Made by a program: the position numbers and the translations under genes
Source of the DNA: Laetmonice hystrix
Lineage: Eukaryota
Length of the DNA: 64,000 bases
Assembly: GCA_965235115.1 (NCBI GenBank)
Contig: OZ249436.1
Coordinates: forward strand, 5,024,001-5,088,000
Direction of reading: 5' to 3'
Part shown: one piece after another, positions 36,540 to 48,936 of the stretch
Layout of the letters: each line of letters begins with the position of its first letter
Position numbering within the stretch: the stretch's first letter is position 1
Notes under the pieces: model-generated
Databases searched by the model: none
Told to the model about the DNA's origin: nothing
What the model saw: the letters and a program-made list of their open reading frames with translations, nothing else

Positions 36540-37575
36540 GGCACCAACGTTGGCATTTGGTCGGCAATGTCGCCACCGTCGCGGTTGGAACATACACGTT
36601 GGCCCAACGTTGGTAGGCCTATATCGTCAGCTCTGTCAGCACCCTCGTGGCTGGAACCTGGTTGGAACACCCACGAACGTTGGCCCAATATTGGCATCCA
36701 GTCGATCGGTAGGCTAAGTAGTACTATGGGCACCCGGGCCTCTTTGTTGGAACCCGGTTGGAACACCCATGTTTGCCCAACGTTGGAATTTAGTTGGCAC
36801 TGTCGCTACCCTCTTAATTGTTGGAACCCGGTTGGAATACCCATGTTGGCCCAACGTTGGAATTTAGTTGGCACTGTCACCACCCTCTTTGTTAGAACAC
36901 GTTGGAATTTAGTCGGCACTGTCGCCACCCTCCTTCTGGCAACCCGGTTGGGAAACCCATGTTGGCCCAATGTTAGCACTGTCACCAGCCTTAGAGTTGG
37001 GACCGGTTGGAACATCCATGTTGGCCCAATGTTGGTATTTATTCCGCACTGTCGGCAGCCTTAGAGTTGAGACCCGGTGGGAACACCCAAGTTGGCCCAA
37101 CGTTGGAATTTAGTCAGCACTGTTGCCACCCTCTTTGTTGAAACCCGGTTGGAACACCCACGATGGCTCAATGTTGCCATTCAGTCAGTGGGCCTACTGT
37201 TGACACCCTCTTTGTTAGAACCCGGTTGGAACACCCATGTTAGGCCAATGTTGGTATTTAGTCGGTACTATCGCCATCCTCCTTGTTGAAACCCGGTTGG
37301 AACACCCACGATGGCTCAATGTTGCCATTCAGTCAGTGGGCCTACTGTTGACACCCTCTTTGTTAGAACCCGGTTGGAACACCCATGTTGGGCCAATGTT
37401 GGCATTTAGTCGGTACTATCGCCATCCTCCTTGTTGGAACCCGGTTGGAACATCCATGTTGGCCCAATGTCCCACTTTGGTCAGCACTCTCACTAACCTT
37501 ACAGTATTCAGCCCTGTCGCCAGCTTTAGAGTTGGGACCCGGTTGGAACACCCACGTTGGTCCAATGTTGGCATT
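36540..37575. repeat. Degenerate satellite-like array, about 70-bp unit with CCAACGTTGG and GAACCCGGTTGGAACACCCA cores
   Basis: Roughly 14 diverged copies; includes a longer near-identical duplication (about 37133-37280 versus 37282-37430). Confidence 0.85.
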
Positions 37576-37579
37576 TATA

Positions 37580-38065
37580 GCGAGCCTTATACTCGAGCAA
37601 ACACTACATGCAGTGAGGGCTCCCTCCATGTAACGACTGGCCTTGGGCTGGAGCAAACAGTAGGCCTACAGTGAGGGCTCCCTATACATGTATTGAGCGG
37701 CGTCATATTCGAGCAAATACTACAGTGAGGGTTCCCTACATGTATTGACTAGCGTAATACTCGAGCGAGAGCTCTCTTAGGAGAGCTTAGACTGAAACAA
37801 ACACTATACAGTGAGGGCTCCCTATACATACATGTATTGACTGGCGTCATACTCGAGCAAACACTACAGTGAGGGCTCACCACATGTACTGACTGGCATT
37901 ATACTCTAGCAAACACTACGATGAGGGCTCTCTACATGTATTGGCTGCATGGCCCTAGACTGGAGCAAACACTACAGTGAGGGATCCCTACATGTATTGA
38001 CTGCCCTTGGGCTGGAGCATGTATTGATTGGCCTTATACTCGAGCAAACACTTGGGTGAGGGCAC
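37580..38065. repeat. Degenerate tandem array, about 55-60 bp unit CTGGCCTTATACTCGAGCAAACACTACAGTGAGGGCTCCCTACATGTATTGA
   Basis: About 8 copies; the same unit occurs inside the foldback element at about 35020-35280. Confidence 0.85.
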
Positions 38066-38552
38066 TCGGGTAAAGGATTAATTAACAACGGCAAATGAAA
38101 TGGTTGTACGCCTTTTCTACATCAGATATCCCATCCCCAAGTAAAAAAAGATTACAGAGATGTTGCAGGTAAACGCCACCGTGCTCTAATGAAGCGGCGC
38201 CTCCGACTGCACTGCCACCTTCCGGCTACCGATGGGATCACCACGTATACCGGCGTAAGCTCCCAGATTATACCCCCCTTCAAACTTTACCCGGGTAATT
38301 CCCACAATCTACCCCGGGTAGTTCCCAGACTCTATCCCGGGGTAGATTTCAGAAGTTTCCAGAATCTACCCCTGCCTCCCAGCATCTACCCCACTAGGGG
38401 TATAGTCTGGAATTTACCCCAATATAGATTTGGCACTCACAAATTTACTGATAATAGCTTCTGACACATTGGAAAACGAACTTTGGCTACTAGGGCATAA
38501 AATAATTACCAATATAGTACGGACGTACATAGGCCTACATACAGATACATAC

Positions 38553-39649
38553 CAGGCCCGTAGCCAGGATTTTGTTTGGGGGGTGCATAGGCCTATTATG
38601 GAAAAGAAGGGGTAGGCCTATTTTTGCCATAGACTAATACTAAGTCGTAATAACGACATATATAGCTATGACGTCGTATAATAACGACATAACTATGTCG
38701 TAATAACGACATACTAAGTAGTAATATTAATGAAATTTAAGACTGGTTACTATTCATGTATGATGTTTATAGATTGTGGGATGGGAGAATGGGACTATGG
38801 CCGCCGTATCCATGACGATGAGATAGTAGCATGCGAAGTGGAGCGTAACGTCGTTTGATTTAGAAAGGAATTGTTTGACCCTGACGTGGCGATCAAAACA
38901 TGTACTGTTTGGCCTCACTGTACTGTTTGGCCTCACTCTACAGTTTGCTTGGGTACAAGGGCAACCAGTAGATCTACTCCTCACTGTCCTGTTTGGCCTC
39001 CCATACTTTTTGGCCTCATAGTAGAGTCTACTGTTTGGCTTCACTCTACTGTTTGGCCTCACTGTACTCACTGCACTGTTGCTATAATTGGGTACAAGGG
39101 CAGCCAGTACCATGTAGGGACTCCTCACTCAGTGACGTAGCCACCATAGGGCGTACCCGGCGTACGCCCCCCGTTTGTCTTCTCTTCTCTTTTTCTTTTC
39201 TTTTTTTTTTTTGCTTGTCAGGTTTTCCTTAAAAACATTTACGCCCCACTTACGCCCCCCTTTCACTAATTCCTGGCTACGTCACTGCTCACTGTATTTT
39301 TCTTTTTTGAAATGCACGGGCATCAGGGGTAACCCAATTAGGCCTACTTTGACAATGTCCCTAAAGAGAAAAGTTGTATAGTCCTCTACAGGAATCGAAC
39401 CCCGGCCCCAAGTCAAAGTAATTGGTGCATTGCCACAGGCGGATTTAGGGGGAGGGGGTGGCAGCACACGCCCCCTGTTCATTTAAAAAAAGTGTTTTCG
39501 GCTATAGACCTATAGGACCTCGGCCTATAACTAAGATATTATATTACACCTTGCATTTCGGTCCCAGATGCCAGGGAAACGCCTATTTTGGCACTTTAAT
39601 TTTCAATTTTTTAGACCCCTCTCCCCCACTCATCCTGGCTACGGGCCTG
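38553..39649. mobile_element. CAGGCCCGTAGCCAGGAT TIR element containing nested repeats
   Basis: CAGGCCCGTAGCCAGGAT ... ATCCTGGCTACGGGCCTG; no clear TSD; interior carries GTCGTAATAACGAC and TACTGTTTGGCCTCAC short arrays and a nested element. Confidence 0.6.
39130..39287. mobile_element. TIR element (CAGTGACGTAGCCA) with 6-bp TSD CTCACT
   Basis: CAGTGACGTAGCCA ... TGGCTACGTCACTG; CTCACT at 39124-39129 and 39288-39293. Confidence 0.85.
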
Positions 39650-39852
39650 ATGTGGAACTCCGAAGTTCAACAAAGAACCTCTAAGAACCCTTATTTCTAA
39701 GAGTGTAGGCCTATAGTGCAAGCGAATGTACATAAAACAATTGTTCAAGTTACATAGGCCTATATAGCCTAGGCTACATGCTATATACATAGGCCTATAG
39801 CCCTAGTAGGCTAGGCCTATTCAATTGTAGGCCTATGTCATATTGTTCAGAT

Positions 39853-39997
39853 CAGGCGCGGATCCAGGATTTTTTGCAGAGGGGGGGGGGGGGGGGGTCC
39901 AGAAGATGCTAGCTGCCGGGGGAGATGGGGAAATGGCTGAGGCCCTTCCCCGATAACATTACAAAAACCTAAGTTGGTCCCTCTGGATCCGCGCCTG
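39853..39997. mobile_element. TIR element (CAGGCGCGGATCCAG) with 5-bp TSD CAGAT
   Basis: CAGGCGCGGATCCAG ... CTGGATCCGCGCCTG; CAGAT at 39848-39852 and 39998-40002. Confidence 0.85.
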
Positions 39998-41264
39998 CAG
40001 ATTGATTATGTTTTACTCAGTATTGTATAGAGTATGCCTAAATAAAACTGTTGACCGAGCGGAGCGAGGAAAATTTTTGGTCTTCTTTTAATTTTTTAAC
40101 GGTTTCGGGCAGATTTATTTTTATAAATCTGCTGCCTGTCAACAATCTATTTTTTTCACACACATTGCTAAACAAACTATTTTTTTTCACACACATTTGA
40201 GAGCAAACTATTTTTTTGGTAAACTTGGCAAACAAACTTTTTTTAACGAAAAAACCATACCCCCCCCCCCCCCCAGCTATTAAATGGTCTGCCCCTTAAT
40301 TGGGCTTGGCGCCAAATCTGCAAAACATCGCCAGGTGGCGTAAATTGCTGATATCCGGCAGGACGGAGTAGAATCTAAGGTTATGGTTACAATGATTCTT
40401 TGAAAAAAATCAACAAATCAGAGTTGTTTTGGAATGTCGTCGTTTTATTTGCTCATCTCTCCTTGCCTTTGATTGCCGTAGATAATCGGTACACAACGGC
40501 TGGGCTGAGTCAGCAGCTGAGTGTTGAACGCAGTGACCGGTCTGGCGGCCTTGACCTTGGTGGGCCACACCGACATCACGCCACTCATCGGAAGACTGCG
40601 AACGTGTGTGGCCCGGCAGTTGCCGCGTTGAATCATAGCCGGTCAGCTGAGAATACGTGGAGGCCCTGAGATTCAAGTTGTTATTGCAGCATTGACAGGC
40701 GGAGAAGCAGCACTTCCATCTGATAGAGGCGAATAGCAAAGGTCGGTTCTTCGATTTAGTCAAGATTCATTGCAACAGGGGAGGTAAGGTTCACATGTCA
40801 TGAGTGGCATGATGACTCAGTCACTCACGAGTGCTAAAGTAAAGAACCTCGATCATAGCATAGGCGTTGTAGACGTCTCGTGGTCGCCGCGGGAGTGTTT
40901 GGGGTGGACGAAACTCGTAACCGGGCATATGCCGTGATATGGGCCACAGTAGGCACGGGCGGACCGGGGGGGGGGGGCGGTCACATGAGGTCCGGACCCC
41001 CCTAAACTTTCATGCCGGCCCGGTGCCGATCATGGCGCCCCCGCTCCAGCCGATCATGAATTAGGCCTAATTGGCCCGCTATGTCTATGTAGACTATGAC
41101 GTATGAGTCTGACTAATTTAGGGCTAGGCCTAGGCCTAGGCCTATATATTGGACAGGCGACGACATTGTAAGCCTACTAATAGAGTCTAATACATAATTC
41201 AATAGTTAAGATTTGACATTGTCATTGGTTATCGAATAGCTTATTTTGTGTTCCAAAATGGGTG

Positions 41265-41845
41265 AAATCTACTGGAATATACCGAAATCCAGAAACCCCA
41301 TAATATTATGACTAATTACCGAAATCGACCCCCAAAATTACCGAAATCGACCTCTAGTTGTGTTTGGGAGCCCACAAACTTACCGAAATCCACCTCTAAT
41401 AGTATTGGGAAGCCCGAGACTTACCGAAATCTACCTCTAATTGGGTTTAGGAGCCCCTAAAATTACCGAAATCGACCTCTAGTTGTGTTTGGGAGCCCCA
41501 AACTTACCGAAATCGACTTCTAGTTGTGTTTGGGAGCCCCCAAACTTACTGAAATTGACCTCTAATTAGGTTTAGGAGCCCCCAAAATTACCGAAATCGG
41601 CCTCTAGTTGTGTTTGGGAGCCCCCAAACTTACCGAAATCGACCTCTATTTGTGTTTGGGAGCCCCCAGATTTCGGTAAGTTTGGGGGCTCCCAAACACA
41701 ACTAGAGACCTGTCCATTTCGGTAAGTTTGTGGGCTCCCAAACACAACTAGAGGTCGATTTCGGTAATTAGTCATGGGGTTTCTAGATTTCGGTATATTC
41801 CGGTAGATTTCGGTATATTCCGGTAGATTTCGGTAATTAGTCATA
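41265..41845. repeat. Foldback-like array of about 41-bp units (TTACCGAAATCGACCTCTAGTTGTGTTTGGGAGCCCCCAAAC) with inverted right arm
   Basis: About 8 direct copies up to about 41668, then inverted copies; outer sequences ATACCGAAATCCAGAAACCCCAT and ATGGGGTTTCTAGATTTCGGTAT are reverse complements. Confidence 0.8.
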
Positions 41846-42095
41846 CCGTTCCAAAATATGATTTCACCAAGTTACACCTTGAAATTCAAAATTCGCCCCT
41901 AGCAATTAGGCCTAAGGCTTATTCTCGCCTCGGTGCTGCAGACTTTGTGCTGCCGGTGCTCATACAGTTGCACCTGTGGCGCCCCTAAAAACATTGCCCC
42001 CCCCCTACTTGAAAAAGCTGGATCTGCCCCCGCCAGGCTCATCGGGGTTCCAGGGGCTGTGTCAGAATTTTGATCTCTGCCGGGAAATAGCGGTT

Positions 42096-42262
42096 GGGGC
42101 CGTTCAAAAATTACGTAACGCGCAGGGGGGTGGTGGGGGGGGGGGGGGGTGTATGTCCAAACGTTATGGACAATGCTGAAGTACTATTGCAGAGAGTTAC
42201 GGGGGGTGGGGGGTGTCAGATTTGGCCCAAAATGTAGTGTTACGTAATTTTTGAACGGCCCC
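42096..42262. mobile_element. MITE with about 25-bp TIR GGGGCCGTTCAAAAATTACGTAAC
   Basis: Perfect inverted match GTTACGTAATTTTTGAACGGCCCC ending 42262; poly-G interior. Confidence 0.8.
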
Positions 42263-45200
42263 TTTTAGGCCTTACAGCAAAATGAACAAGAACCCGGCCA
42301 TTGGACAGCCTCAGTAGGTACTAATTATCTGTGGGTCCAGAAACTATGTGTACTTTTGGCACGCTTGTTGCCCCTCATTATACCATCTGTCACCAAGAAC
42401 GAAATCCAGAAAATGTTGTCTGAGTTATTGCTTCAAATTTCTTTATATCCAAGGTGGCTACCAAGCGGCCATTTTCAAATCAATGATATGTTTGACCAGT
42501 GTCATCTTTAGACTATTATGTAATGTTTCATGCAAGATATAGATGCATCACCTTAAACTGGTTGCGACATATGAAGGGTGCCAATTTATACATGTATAAC
42601 CCCTGAATGTATGGAGGTGTAAATGTGGGGGAAAGGTTGTGCCCCTGGTATGATGATGACTGAAGGTCAAATACAACAGTGCCTCCCCTAGTGGAAAATG
42701 GCAGGGCGCGGCGCCTGCCCTTTTGAAGAGTGCCCTGCCCTTTTGAAGAATGCCCTGCGGCTGCCCCTGTCAGACAGCGCCCTGTCTCTGTTAGTAGCAC
42801 CCTGCCACCCCCATTGCCCCAAATTCTCCAGGAAATGACCCACCCAGCTGTGGTTACACACCTCAAAGAAGCAGTTCAGTCATTACATACATTATAGTAT
42901 ACCATTCATAACTGATCAATCTATAGCATCAATTTCAGAAAAAAAAAGAAAAAAAACTTTAAATTTTCGTTTTTAATTTTTTTTATTTTTTTTTTTTTTT
43001 TGGGGGGGGGGGGATAACCCAGATTCCTCTTGATAACACTTCACGCCTCTGGTGCTTGCCTCTATGCCTTAGGCAATACATGCCCCCTCCTCAACATATT
43101 GCCCTGCCTTGTGGCAACGAAAAATGTCTTAATTGCGAAGAATGTCCCAATCACAGATTTCGAGACAATCTCTCTTTGGGACATTTTTCGTATGCTGCCT
43201 GCGAAAAATGTCCCAATTTCCTTAGCGCGACATTTTTCGTCTGGCAGTTGCAACGAAAAATGTCACAATCTACAAGCTTTTAACTTGGATTCAGTGCATT
43301 AGGCTGTTAGGGTTAGGGTTAGAACCCTAACCCTAACGGATCATTATAGAACTTTCTATTCAAGTTGAAAATAAATATGCACTGTCTTGGACCGTTTACA
43401 AGATACTGCCATGTAAACCAGCCAACGAAATTTGAGATGGCCTCATTGATAAGATCAGATTATAAATCCATATGTAGCATTTCTGTATGAACCCCAAGCC
43501 TGTAACATAACAGGTTTTATTGTGTGTATTTCCCTGCATTCAAACAACAAAAAACAGAGTTCCTCAGCATTGGATCAAGAATATCCCAATATTCTTGATT
43601 GGATGGGTTGGTCATATAGGGGTGCGGGGAAGCCAATTTGCGTGTTAATGATAGGTTCTTTCAGTGCAACTTTGGTTTCCCTCAGGTAAAAATATTCAGG
43701 CCAGGCCCAGGGTGTGAGAAGAAACCTGTGAGAAGCCTGGTATCACGCATTTGTATGAGCTGTTGGAGCTAGTCAACCCTGATAAATCCACGCATCCTGG
43801 ACGTCTGAGTTTTTGGTAATGGGGAGGCAGACAAAAGTCTTGGAAGAGTGGCAATTGTTCTGTGTCCTGGTACTTGCCAAATTATAGGAATCATCAACGG
43901 CCTGACTGGTGTCTTTCCTTGAACAGGACAATACCTGCTCATGGACAATGGTGCCAGTACAATATAGGTACAAGTACCGGTACTTTGATACTGTGTACTG
44001 AATCATGTGGCAGTCACAGCTGGCTGACTGCCCGGTTTCTTGGTACAATATATGCCGGTACATGTATACCAACAAATGTGACAGCTGGATTCCTGACTAG
44101 CTTTATCTAAAATATACACCCAGCCTGGAGGTCAATTCGCCCACCAGACACCAGGGGGCACTACAAACAAATTCTAGTTGTGTGCGTTTGCTCCAGTACG
44201 TATGGTCAGAATGGAAGCATAGATCAGGGAGTATCTCAGCCACAGGCAGGGCATGTTTTGAGACAAAGATCGTCCCAGGGCTATCTTTCTGTTATGGTCG
44301 TCTATTTATGGTATTGAGCAGTGACAGCAGTGTATCACATCAGAACATAGAACCATCAGCTGTGATGAGACAGAATTATAAAATAAGAGAATCAATTAAG
44401 TGCCCTTGAAAGGATATGGATAACAATTTAATGTTAGCAATAATATAATCATATTTAATATAATATTAGCAATCTGGAGAAAACAAATATATTATGTACT
44501 AACACCCTAAATATATACTGTTAATTAGAAATAAATTGTATCCCTTTATTCTTCTAATACATGTATTATACTGTACTTAAATTTAAATACAGCTTCCAAA
44601 AGTAAATGTGACGTGGTGCAGGAAATGGCAGGAAGGATTATTCATTTCATCAAAAACTGAAAAATAATTCTGTTAAATTTACTTGTAGGCCCTAATTTCT
44701 TTAAATTATTGGTCATCTAACCATTGATTTTATTTACTATCTGTACAGTATCTGAGAATCAGAATGGCATTGTTTTTCCATCCTCAACATCTGTTCTCCC
44801 TTCCTATCTGTGACCGCTAATGTAAAAATATGATGATTTGGAGATGGTGAATGAGGTGGGTGGAGTCAGACTTGGCTGATTGACAGATGTGAAAACCATC
44901 TGAGCACCGGCAGCAGACACGCCAATGTTGCTGGTGCTGGGCTGCGCATTAAGGCTGTGATGGCCGGCGCTGGCTGCGAGCTGGAGCAGGCGGTCACCGG
45001 TCGTGATGCTGCACTGCCAGGCCAAGGTTGAGGTACAGCAGCTGCATGATCAGGGGCACTGCTGGGTATAGTGTGGGAGTGGAGAGTGGTACAGTGGAAG
45101 GATCACCACAATGGACCATGGCTAATAACAGGTGAGCCTAGTCATCGTCAGCTTCTGTTCTGGTCATTCATGGATCATTCCTCATCCATTGCAGGCCTGA

Positions 45201-46250
45201 AGTAGGCCCATACTGCATGTTGTAGCCAGCATTCATAATGGTTGCCTTGCTTGTCAGCCAGTCTTGGAGCCCATGTTAGCGAGGCTTGATTTAATGATCT
45301 AGGCATGGCTCTGCAGCACTGCCAACCATTCCTCCAGTCTGCGAACCGCAAACGAATCCTGATCTATGACGATATTTATGAAATTTAACATAGGAAAGAG
45401 AAATACCGGTAGAAAGGGAATGAAATGATGGTGGTATTGACTATTGTGTAATATTACAATACATCTGTCGGGGTGGCCGTGTGTGGAGAGGCAGACATCC
45501 AGCCGGCAACTGGCCGGTGCCGTCTGTATGCTCTCGCCTCATCATCGTGGCTGACTCAGCCGGTTTTGGGGAGAGGTACAATATCATTTCGCAATACTAA
45601 TTCCTGTGATCTATTCTACCGTGATGTATGGTCCGACGTTAGCGAGGATGCAGACGGTAATAGCCAGATTACTGGCTGTTGTTATGGCAAGTCTTGGTAG
45701 CGGTTGTTTGTCCCTACCCTGGTACAGTGTATGACATTGGCATTGCAGCAGTCATGTGATGGGTTCTGGAACTGCCAGCATAGGACACATGCGGGGCGGG
45801 CAGCCATAGATTTAGAGACACCATTTTCTGGGGTTCCCACCAAACTACTGATTATTCCACAGATCGCCTCACATTTCAGATTCCGTAAATTGTTTTATTT
45901 TGGACGTATGGCTCCAGATCTGTGCACATGCAGTGCCACTGTCTGATGACCTTGTCGGCTGCAGTACGCTGATTGCAGATCACACTAGCCATAGGCAAAA
46001 CTTGGAGTTCTAAGGCAGTGAATACAAGGCTGGATCTGTGAATACAGGTCTGGATTATACAAGAGTCTCCTGGTGCCTGTAGTAGATCAATTTAGTGGAT
46101 CAGACAACACTGGAGGGATGCAGGCCAAACTAGCTACAGGCGGTGGAGGCCACTTAGCCAACACCCTGGCAAGATACATGTCAGACAGTTCAGTCAAAGG
46201 TCTTTGCTGAATTGGTTAAAAGTGCATCAAGCAGACTATGGGACTATACT

Positions 46251-46453
46251 CAGGCTTTCCTGGAGATTTTTGACTTTTTTTTTGGGAGGGGGGGGGGATG
46301 CTGCGAGTTTGGGGGAGAGAGAGTAATGAAAAATATTTCCCCCTGGGAATTTTTTTTTTTTTTTGGGGGGGGGGGAGTAGCTGAATAATGGGCGGGGGGG
46401 GGGGGGGGAAGTCTCCCCCCCCCCCAAAAAAAAAGGTCCTGCGGGAAACCCTG
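46251..46453. mobile_element. TIR element (CAGG...CCCTG) with 5-bp TSD ATACT
   Basis: CAGGCTTTCC ... GGGAAACCCTG; ATACT at 46246-46250 and 46454-46458. Confidence 0.75.
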
Positions 46454-47370
46454 ATACTCTGGCTGACCATGTCCAATTCCAAAGGCATGAGAATTATATT
46501 GTCTGTAGTTCCCACTCCTATAGTATTGGACACTTGGACAAGATTTGTAAGATTTTTAAACAGTACATAATGTACCAGTTTACTTGAATAAACGACCATA
46601 CTGAAATAAAAATATTACAAAGGTTTCTTACAAGCCACTTTTTTTTGGGGGGGGGGCCAAAATGTTTTCTGTTTTTTTTTTTTTTCATGTAAAACCTACC
46701 TATCAACTGCCTCTATTGTCGCTCGATTTCCCCACCCAGAAGGCAAAATCATCCCAGAAACACAGTGCCTTGGATAAACATAAAAAATCTGGCTATCCCT
46801 TTTTTCCAACAGGGGTACTTATGATCCTGACAAAACTTTGAAAAGATATTCTCTTTGGTTGGGGAATTGAAACAAGTTAGCACAATCAACTTAAGAATTA
46901 GTTTTTTCTCTCTCTCTTTTTTTTTTTTTAAATTGCAGACCTAAATGATAATAACTACTAATGCAGCATCTGTTACCCAATCAATCATTGTGTTATTGTA
47001 TGACAAAATGTGGCGCAGGTTTCTATTAGCCTTGTTGGTACCTGTTGGCCATGTTGGTGTGGAACTTGGCCTGGTGCCCTTATTATCCAAGTGTCCAGGT
47101 GAAGGGGAAAGTTGTCCTTGACTTATCACCCCAGCACAATGCGTACTTCACTTTACAGACGTTATCACTGACAGGTAATCTTGGTTTGATATTCTGTAAA
47201 CAATGTAGGTCTATACATTGATTACATCGTACTCCAGAGGACAGACAACTCTCAGAAAACACAAAAAGGTACTCGATTCAATGCAAGGGATTCAACTGCC
47301 AAAGAAGAAACGGGAAAGTCGAAATTATTATTAGAAAAATTTTATTGCTTGATTTGTGAGGAATCTGAAG

Positions 47371-47957
47371 CAACATTACAATTGGTCTCAATGTACATGC
47401 AACAGTCCCCCCTCAATACAGAGGTTCCCTCGTCTTCCCTGTCTCACTGATCTGTGAACCAACATTACAATGGTCTCAATGTATGCAACAGTCCCCCTCA
47501 ATACAGAGGTTCCCTCGTCTTTCCTGCCTCACTGATCTGTGAACCATCATTACAATGGTCTCAATGTATGCAACAGTCCCCCTCAATACAGAGGTTCCCT
47601 CGTCTTCCCTGTTTCACTGATCTGTGAACCATCATTACAATGGTCTCAATGTATGCAACAGTCCCCCTCAATACAGAGGTTCCCTCGTCTTTCCTGCCTC
47701 ACTGATCCGTGAACCAACATTACAATGGTCTCAATGTATGCAACAGTCCCCCCTCAATACAGAGGTTCCCTCGTCTTTCCTGCCTCACTGATCCGTGAAC
47801 CAACATTACAATGGTCTCAATGTATGCAACAGTCCCCCCTCAATACAGAGGTTCCCTCGTCTTCCCTGTTTCACTGATCTGTGAACCATCATTACAATGG
47901 TCTCAATGTATGCAACAGTCCCCCTCAATAGGTTCCCTCGTCTTCCCTGCCGCACTG
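47371..47957. repeat. Tandem repeat, about 85-86 bp unit, nearly 7 copies
   Basis: CATTACAATGGTCTCAATGTATGCAACAGTCCCCCTCAATACAGAGGTTCCCTCGTCTTCCCTG...CACTGATCTGTGAACCA repeated with few differences. Confidence 0.95.
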
Positions 47958-48259
47958 CTCATTGTGTCTTGGTTGGATCCTAACTCAACCCTACTTACCG
48001 TGCTTTTGAAAGTAAAATAATAAATGAGTAATTCAACTGAACATAGTGAGGACATCACGCCATTGAGAAGAGGAGACTTTGTGTTGACAATCCAGTACAC
48101 TTGGAAGTTGGAGACTTGTACTGTATTGTATCTTGTATCTGTCAGTTAATGAATAGCAATGGGCGATTTCATTTTTTCTGAGACACCCTCCAATGGAATC
48201 AACCACATCATAAAAACTTCAGACTGGTCCTGTAATATTGAGATAAGAACTGGTGGTAG

Positions 48260-48651
48260 ACTTCAAATAACGTGTGTACGTGCACCATACGTACTTCAAA
48301 TAACGTGTGTACGTGCACCATACGTACTTCAAATAACGTGTGTACGTGCACCATACGTACTTCAAATAACGTGTGTACGTGCACCATACGTACCTCAAGT
48401 AACGTGTGTACGTGCACCATACGTACTTCAAATAACGTGTGTACGTGCACCATACGTACTTCAAATAACGTGTGTACGTGCACCATACGTACTTCAAGTA
48501 ACGTGTGTACGTGCACCATACGTACTTCAAATAACGTGTGTACGTGCACCATACGTACTTCAAATAACGTGTGTACGTGCACCATACGTACTTCAAATAA
48601 CGTGTGTACGTGCACCATACATACTTCAAATAACGTGTCTACGTGAACCAT
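48260..48651. repeat. Minisatellite, 33-bp unit, about 12 copies
   Basis: ACTTCAAATAACGTGTGTACGTGCACCATACGT repeated almost perfectly without spacers; it produces the repetitive ORFs in the track. Confidence 0.95.
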
Positions 48652-48936
48652 GTTTTCAGGTGGGTTGAAAGGAGCCACTGTACAGGGCTTACGAACGTTG
48701 TTACTGATGCATGTATACAAACTTAACTTATTATGGGGATAGCAACGAAAGAGGGTAATATGGCCGTAGGCTTAAATATCATTAACATTTAACTGTAAAA
48801 TAATATTTATTAATGGGAAACATGCCCTGCCTCATATGTGAATCATTCGGCTGGTCAGTTTTGATCTGTCTCATTCATTCGAGTATGATTGGGGCAGGTC
48901 AAAGAATGAATAAAGTTATTATAACTAGTATATTAT

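Noticed and set aside
36491..37674. Overlapping ORFs and CRISPR-like periodicity
   Set aside because: Degenerate satellite whose inter-core segments are homologous to each other.
39380..39420. Minus-strand GGTTCGATTCC T-loop-like motif
   Set aside because: No D-arm or cloverleaf; at most a fragment of a tRNA-derived repeat.
48159..48720. Repetitive ORFs and possible CRISPR-like array
   Set aside because: Contiguous 33-bp tandem repeat with no unique spacers and no cas genes; eukaryotic context.
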